Part shown: positions 60,450-64,000 of the stretch, one piece after another
Numbering within the stretch: position 1 is the stretch's first letter
Layout of the letters: each line of letters opens with the position of its first letter
DNA from: Gammaproteobacteria bacterium
GTDB lineage: Bacteria > Pseudomonadota > Gammaproteobacteria > UBA4575
Direction: 5' to 3'
DNA: 64,000 bases
Assembly (NCBI GenBank): GCA_965222615.1
Contig: CBDCUI010000008.1
Span: 1,034,705 to 1,098,704 of the forward strand
The notes under the pieces: model-generated
What the model was told of the DNA's origin: nothing
Databases searched by the model: none
What the model saw: the letters and a program-made list of their open reading frames with translations, nothing else
Position numbers and translations under genes: made by a program

Positions 60450-60660
60450 ATTTTAAGTATTCACTTATAAAGTTATTTATAAACAAATGGTTATAAGCTT
60501 TAATTAATTTAGATTCTTATATAAACGTAAATAACATTAACGCAGACGTTTTTATTCAAAATAATCGGGTCTGTCATGTACGTTTCACACGTTATTACAG
60601 TCTATTGGAGTACAATAGATTAAAGAATTACGGCCGTATTTTCGTTAGGAGGAATCTTTC

Positions 60661-63147
60661 ATGACATTACTTGTTTGGCTGCTTGCTCTAGGAGCATTTG
60701 CGTTTGGGCTAGCTCGAGCAAAGTTGCCATTTTCAATTTGGACGATAATTATTGGTGGCGCTCTAATTTTACTAACTATTTCTCCGTTCTTAGGAGGTGT
60801 TGCGGCCTTAGTTCTTTGGACACTGTTTATTGTCGTGGCACTGCTTAATGTTGACAGTTTGCGAATCAAGTTCTTAAGTAAACCCATGCTTGCTTATACA
60901 AGGAAGATTTTACCTCCAATGTCGGATACGGAAAGAGCGGCCATTGAAGCCGGTACAGCATGGTGGGAGGCAGAATTATTTCAGGGAGATCCAGACTGGG
61001 GCAAATTGCTAGACCACCAGACTTCCGAGTTATCTGCAGAGGAACAAGCTTTTTTGGATGGTCCCGTAGAAGAGTTTTGTCAAATGCTGGATGACTGGGA
61101 GATTACTAACGATCTCAATGATTTGCCACTAAAAGCTTGGGAGTTTCTTAAGAAAAATAAATTTTTTGGCATGATTATTCCAAAGAAATATGAGGGATTG
61201 GAATTTTCTGCTATTGCGCACTCGTCCGTAGTGATGAAAATTTCGACACGCAGCGGTACAGCCGGTGTGACAGTGATGGTGCCTAATTCACTGGGGCCTG
61301 CAGAACTACTCTTACACTATGGCACAGAAGAACAAAAGGATTATTACTTACCGCGCTTGGCAGTGGGTGAAGAGATTCCTTGTTTTGCTTTAACGGGACC
61401 TGATGCTGGTTCCGATGCTGGCGCTATTCCCGATACTGGCATAGTTTGTAAAGGTACATATCTGGGTAAAAAAGTGTTGGGTTTACGCCTCAACTGGGAG
61501 AAACGTTATATTACCCTTGGACCAGTAGCCACGGTATTGGGACTTGCCTTTAAAGCCTACGATCCTGATGGTTTGCTTGGCGATCAAGAAGAACTCGGCA
61601 TTACCTGTGCACTGATCCCAACTAATACGCCTGGAGTAAAAATCGGCAATCGACATAACCCACTCAATTCAGCTTTTCAAAATGGGCCCAATTGGGGTAA
61701 AGACGTATTTATTCCCATGGATTGGGTGATTGGTGGCCAAGAACAAGTCGGTAATGGTTGGCGTATGTTAGTGGAGTGCCTATCTGTAGGCCGAGGCATA
61801 TCCTTGCCCGCATTAGGTACTGGAGCTGGAAAATTTACCAGCTATATGACGGGTGCTTACGCTCGTATCCGCAAACAATTTAATGTTCCAATTGGGAAGT
61901 TTGAAGGGGTAGAAGAGGCCCTGACAAGAATTGCGGGACTGACTTATATGATGGAAGCTGGTCGACGCCTAACCGCTTCGGCAATTGATCATGGTGAGAA
62001 ACCATCGGTCGTGACGGCAATCCTTAAATACCATAACACCGAGGGAATGCGTCAGGTTATTAACGATGCCATGGATATTCATGGGGGGCGTGGTATCTGT
62101 ATGGGGCCGAGTAATTATCTTGCACGTCCCTATCAATCAATACCAATTAGTATTACGGTGGAAGGTGCCAATATTCTTACACGTAGCTTGATAATTTTTG
62201 GTCAAGGCGCCATGCGTTGTCATCCTCATCTTATTGAAGAAGTCAATGCAGCTTCTAATCCCAATCAACAAGAAGGGCTTCAACAATTTGATCAAGCTTT
62301 GTTTAAACACTTAGGTTATGCGGTGCGTAATGGAGCTAGGTCATTTTTGTATGGGCTCACGCGTAGTCGTTTAGCACCCAGCCCTATTAACGGACCCACC
62401 AAAGGTTACTTTAAACGCCTGGCAAGAATGAGTGCCAGTTACTCATTTATATCTGATTTTGCAATGTTATTTTTAGGTGGAGGTTTAAAGCGGAAAGAAA
62501 AACTCTCCGGTCGGTTTGCCGATGCCTTGAGTTATATGTATCTAACCTCGGCAATTTTAAAACGCTTTGAAGATACGAATCGACCAGCTGAAGACTTGCC
62601 ATTGGTGGAGTGGAGTACAAAATATTGTCTTTATGAAGTTCAAGATGCATTAGATGAAATCATGCGCAATTTTCCATCGGTTTTCTTTGGGCAGCTATTA
62701 CGAATTATTGTATTTCCGACCGGTAAAAGTTTACGCTATCCAAATGATCGTGTCGGTCATGAAGCAGCGAAGATATTGATTGATGCCTCAGCAGCAAGAG
62801 ACCGACTTACTAATGGCATTTATAAAAGTGTAGATCCAAAAGATCCTGTTGGTTGTGTACAGTATGCATTCAATGCCGTCATTGCCGCCAAAGATGCGGA
62901 ACGTAAGCTTAAAAAGGCAGGCATCAAACCACCCGAACTGGGTAGACCTTCAAACTGGTTAGAAGATGCTGTAAACCAAGGGATTATTACGCAGCAAGAA
63001 GCTAACTTGGTTGATGAGGCCCGTAATGCAACGCGTGCAGCGATCATGGTGGATGATTTTCCACCTGCGAAAAAAGCTGCTAAAGCGAAATCGACAAGAA
63101 GGACTACTAAAAAACCTACACGCAAAGCAGATAAAAAAGCTGCATAA
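60661..63147 (+). CDS. fadE: acyl-CoA dehydrogenase
   Basis: N-terminal TMs, MVPNSLGPAELL, CFALTGPDAGSDA, KRYITL, ITVEGANILTR. Confidence 0.94.
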   Translation: MTLLVWLLALGAFAFGLARAKLPFSIWTIIIGGALILLTISPFLGGVAALVLWTLFIVVALLNVDSLRIKFLSKPMLAYTRKILPPMSDTERAAIEAGTAWWEAELFQGDPDWGKLLDHQTSELSAEEQAFLDGPVEEFCQMLDDWEITNDLNDLPLKAWEFLKKNKFFGMIIPKKYEGLEFSAIAHSSVVMKISTRSGTAGVTVMVPNSLGPAELLLHYGTEEQKDYYLPRLAVGEEIPCFALTGPDAGSDAGAIPDTGIVCKGTYLGKKVLGLRLNWEKRYITLGPVATVLGLAFKAYDPDGLLGDQEELGITCALIPTNTPGVKIGNRHNPLNSAFQNGPNWGKDVFIPMDWVIGGQEQVGNGWRMLVECLSVGRGISLPALGTGAGKFTSYMTGAYARIRKQFNVPIGKFEGVEEALTRIAGLTYMMEAGRRLTASAIDHGEKPSVVTAILKYHNTEGMRQVINDAMDIHGGRGICMGPSNYLARPYQSIPISITVEGANILTRSLIIFGQGAMRCHPHLIEEVNAASNPNQQEGLQQFDQALFKHLGYAVRNGARSFLYGLTRSRLAPSPINGPTKGYFKRLARMSASYSFISDFAMLFLGGGLKRKEKLSGRFADALSYMYLTSAILKRFEDTNRPAEDLPLVEWSTKYCLYEVQDALDEIMRNFPSVFFGQLLRIIVFPTGKSLRYPNDRVGHEAAKILIDASAARDRLTNGIYKSVDPKDPVGCVQYAFNAVIAAKDAERKLKKAGIKPPELGRPSNWLEDAVNQGIITQQEANLVDEARNATRAAIMVDDFPPAKKAAKAKSTRRTTKKPTRKADKKAA

Positions 63148-63154
63148 AAGCTAG

Positions 63155-63616
63155 ATGTCAGATGCTGAATTAGGTGGTGCCATTACGCGGCTTGAGAATT
63201 TTGAGCCGTTTAAAATGATGGAGGTGAAAATCATGGAACTATCCCCTGATTGGCGCAAGATTCGTTTATTGCTTCCATTATCAAAAGCCGCAACTAACCA
63301 CCAAGGAACCATGTTTGGAGGGTTTATCGCATCACTTGCGGATCCCATCGCAGCCCTATCTTGTGGAAAGCTATTTCCTGGTTACGCTGCTTGGACACGC
63401 AATTTAAAAATCGATTTTTTACGTGCGGGCACAACAGATTTAGAACTCAGATTCGACTTTCCTTTAGAATTAGAGCCTATCATTGCAAAAGAACTGCAAG
63501 AAAAAAATCGTAGTACACCTGTATTTGAATATGCATATTACTTAACAAACGGTACACTATGTACGGCTGTTGAGTGTACGGTTGCTATACGGCCTAAAGG
63601 CTATATGAAAAAGTAA
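63155..63616 (+). CDS. hot-dog fold thioesterase (DUF4442/PaaI-like)
   Basis: NHQGTMFGG..ADP, IDFLRAG. Confidence 0.8.
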   Translation: MSDAELGGAITRLENFEPFKMMEVKIMELSPDWRKIRLLLPLSKAATNHQGTMFGGFIASLADPIAALSCGKLFPGYAAWTRNLKIDFLRAGTTDLELRFDFPLELEPIIAKELQEKNRSTPVFEYAYYLTNGTLCTAVECTVAIRPKGYMKK

Positions 63617-63778
63617 GGAAGCTCTGATTTATTCTGATATGCCCCAAAGAAGATGAATTAGTAATGATTTCTCAAAATACTCATGTATGCCAAGAAAATA
63701 GAGGAAGTATACACTCCGTTTTTTCGAAATCATTTAGCCTAATCTCAGTCATTTCATTAATAAATCAGAGCTTCCTTA
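63614..63778. mobile_element. palindromic MITE-like element, family A copy 3
   Basis: Perfect 20-bp inverted repeat TAAGGAAGCTCTGATTTATT/AATAAATCAGAGCTTCCTTA with TA at both ends. The first TAA is the thioesterase stop. Confidence 0.85.
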
Positions 63779-63805
63779 ATTTTTAAAAAGGATTCTAGAC
63801 TTATC

Positions 63806-64000
63806 ATGAAAAAAATACTCATTGGTTTGTTTATATTGATTGTACTTTTTGTCGGTGCCGCCTATTTTTTGCTGGGTAACTTAGACAACATTGTAAAAGC
63901 CGCTATTGAAAAATATGGTTCTGAAGCTACGCAAACAAGTGTAAGTGTTGGCAACGCCCACATAGGGCTTACTGATGGCTTAGGCTCAATTTCAAATTTA
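63806..64000 (+). CDS. AsmA-like membrane-anchored protein, 3'-truncated by the window edge
   Basis: MKKILIGLFILIVLFVGAAYFLLGNLDNIVKAAIEKYGSEATQTSVSV...; frame open to the window end. Confidence 0.7.
   Translation, partial: MKKILIGLFILIVLFVGAAYFLLGNLDNIVKAAIEKYGSEATQTSVSVGNAHIGLTDGLGSISNL

Noticed and set aside
60477-60496. PsrA/FadR-like palindrome TTATAAAC-AAAT-GGTTATAA upstream of fadE
   Set aside because: Very AT-rich and imperfect; likely to occur by chance.

Overview
AT-rich gammaproteobacterial chromosomal window. Housekeeping content includes fadA/fadE, gltA, a MetX-family acyltransferase, two split molybdenum-cofactor gene groups, prc, msrB, dsbB, rhombosortase, YdbH/YdbL, a CbbO/NorD-like vWA protein and tandem DUF4139 paralogs. 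There is one intact IS481-family element inserted at the prc stop codon, and a family of about 150-bp palindromic MITE-like repeats (5 full copies and 1 fragment) with compensatory stem changes. The standout is an approximately 18-kb same-strand cluster (42.6-60.4 kb) joining three modules. (i) A flavinylation/thiol-redox module: ApbE, TlpA, DUF4266 and a DUF3570 barrel carrying a DSISGAS flavinylation motif. (ii) An HzsA-like three-heme lipoprotein plus a CX4CH lipoprotein. (iii) An Agl-Glt-like trans-envelope motor: two OM barrels, three TPR proteins, a GltF-like protein, ExbB, two ExbD (one with Asn in place of the proton-binding Asp), a TonB_C protein and an orphan GspC-like PDZ protein. 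No rRNA, tRNA or CRISPR array was seen. All family calls come from motif recognition by eye, not from searches.
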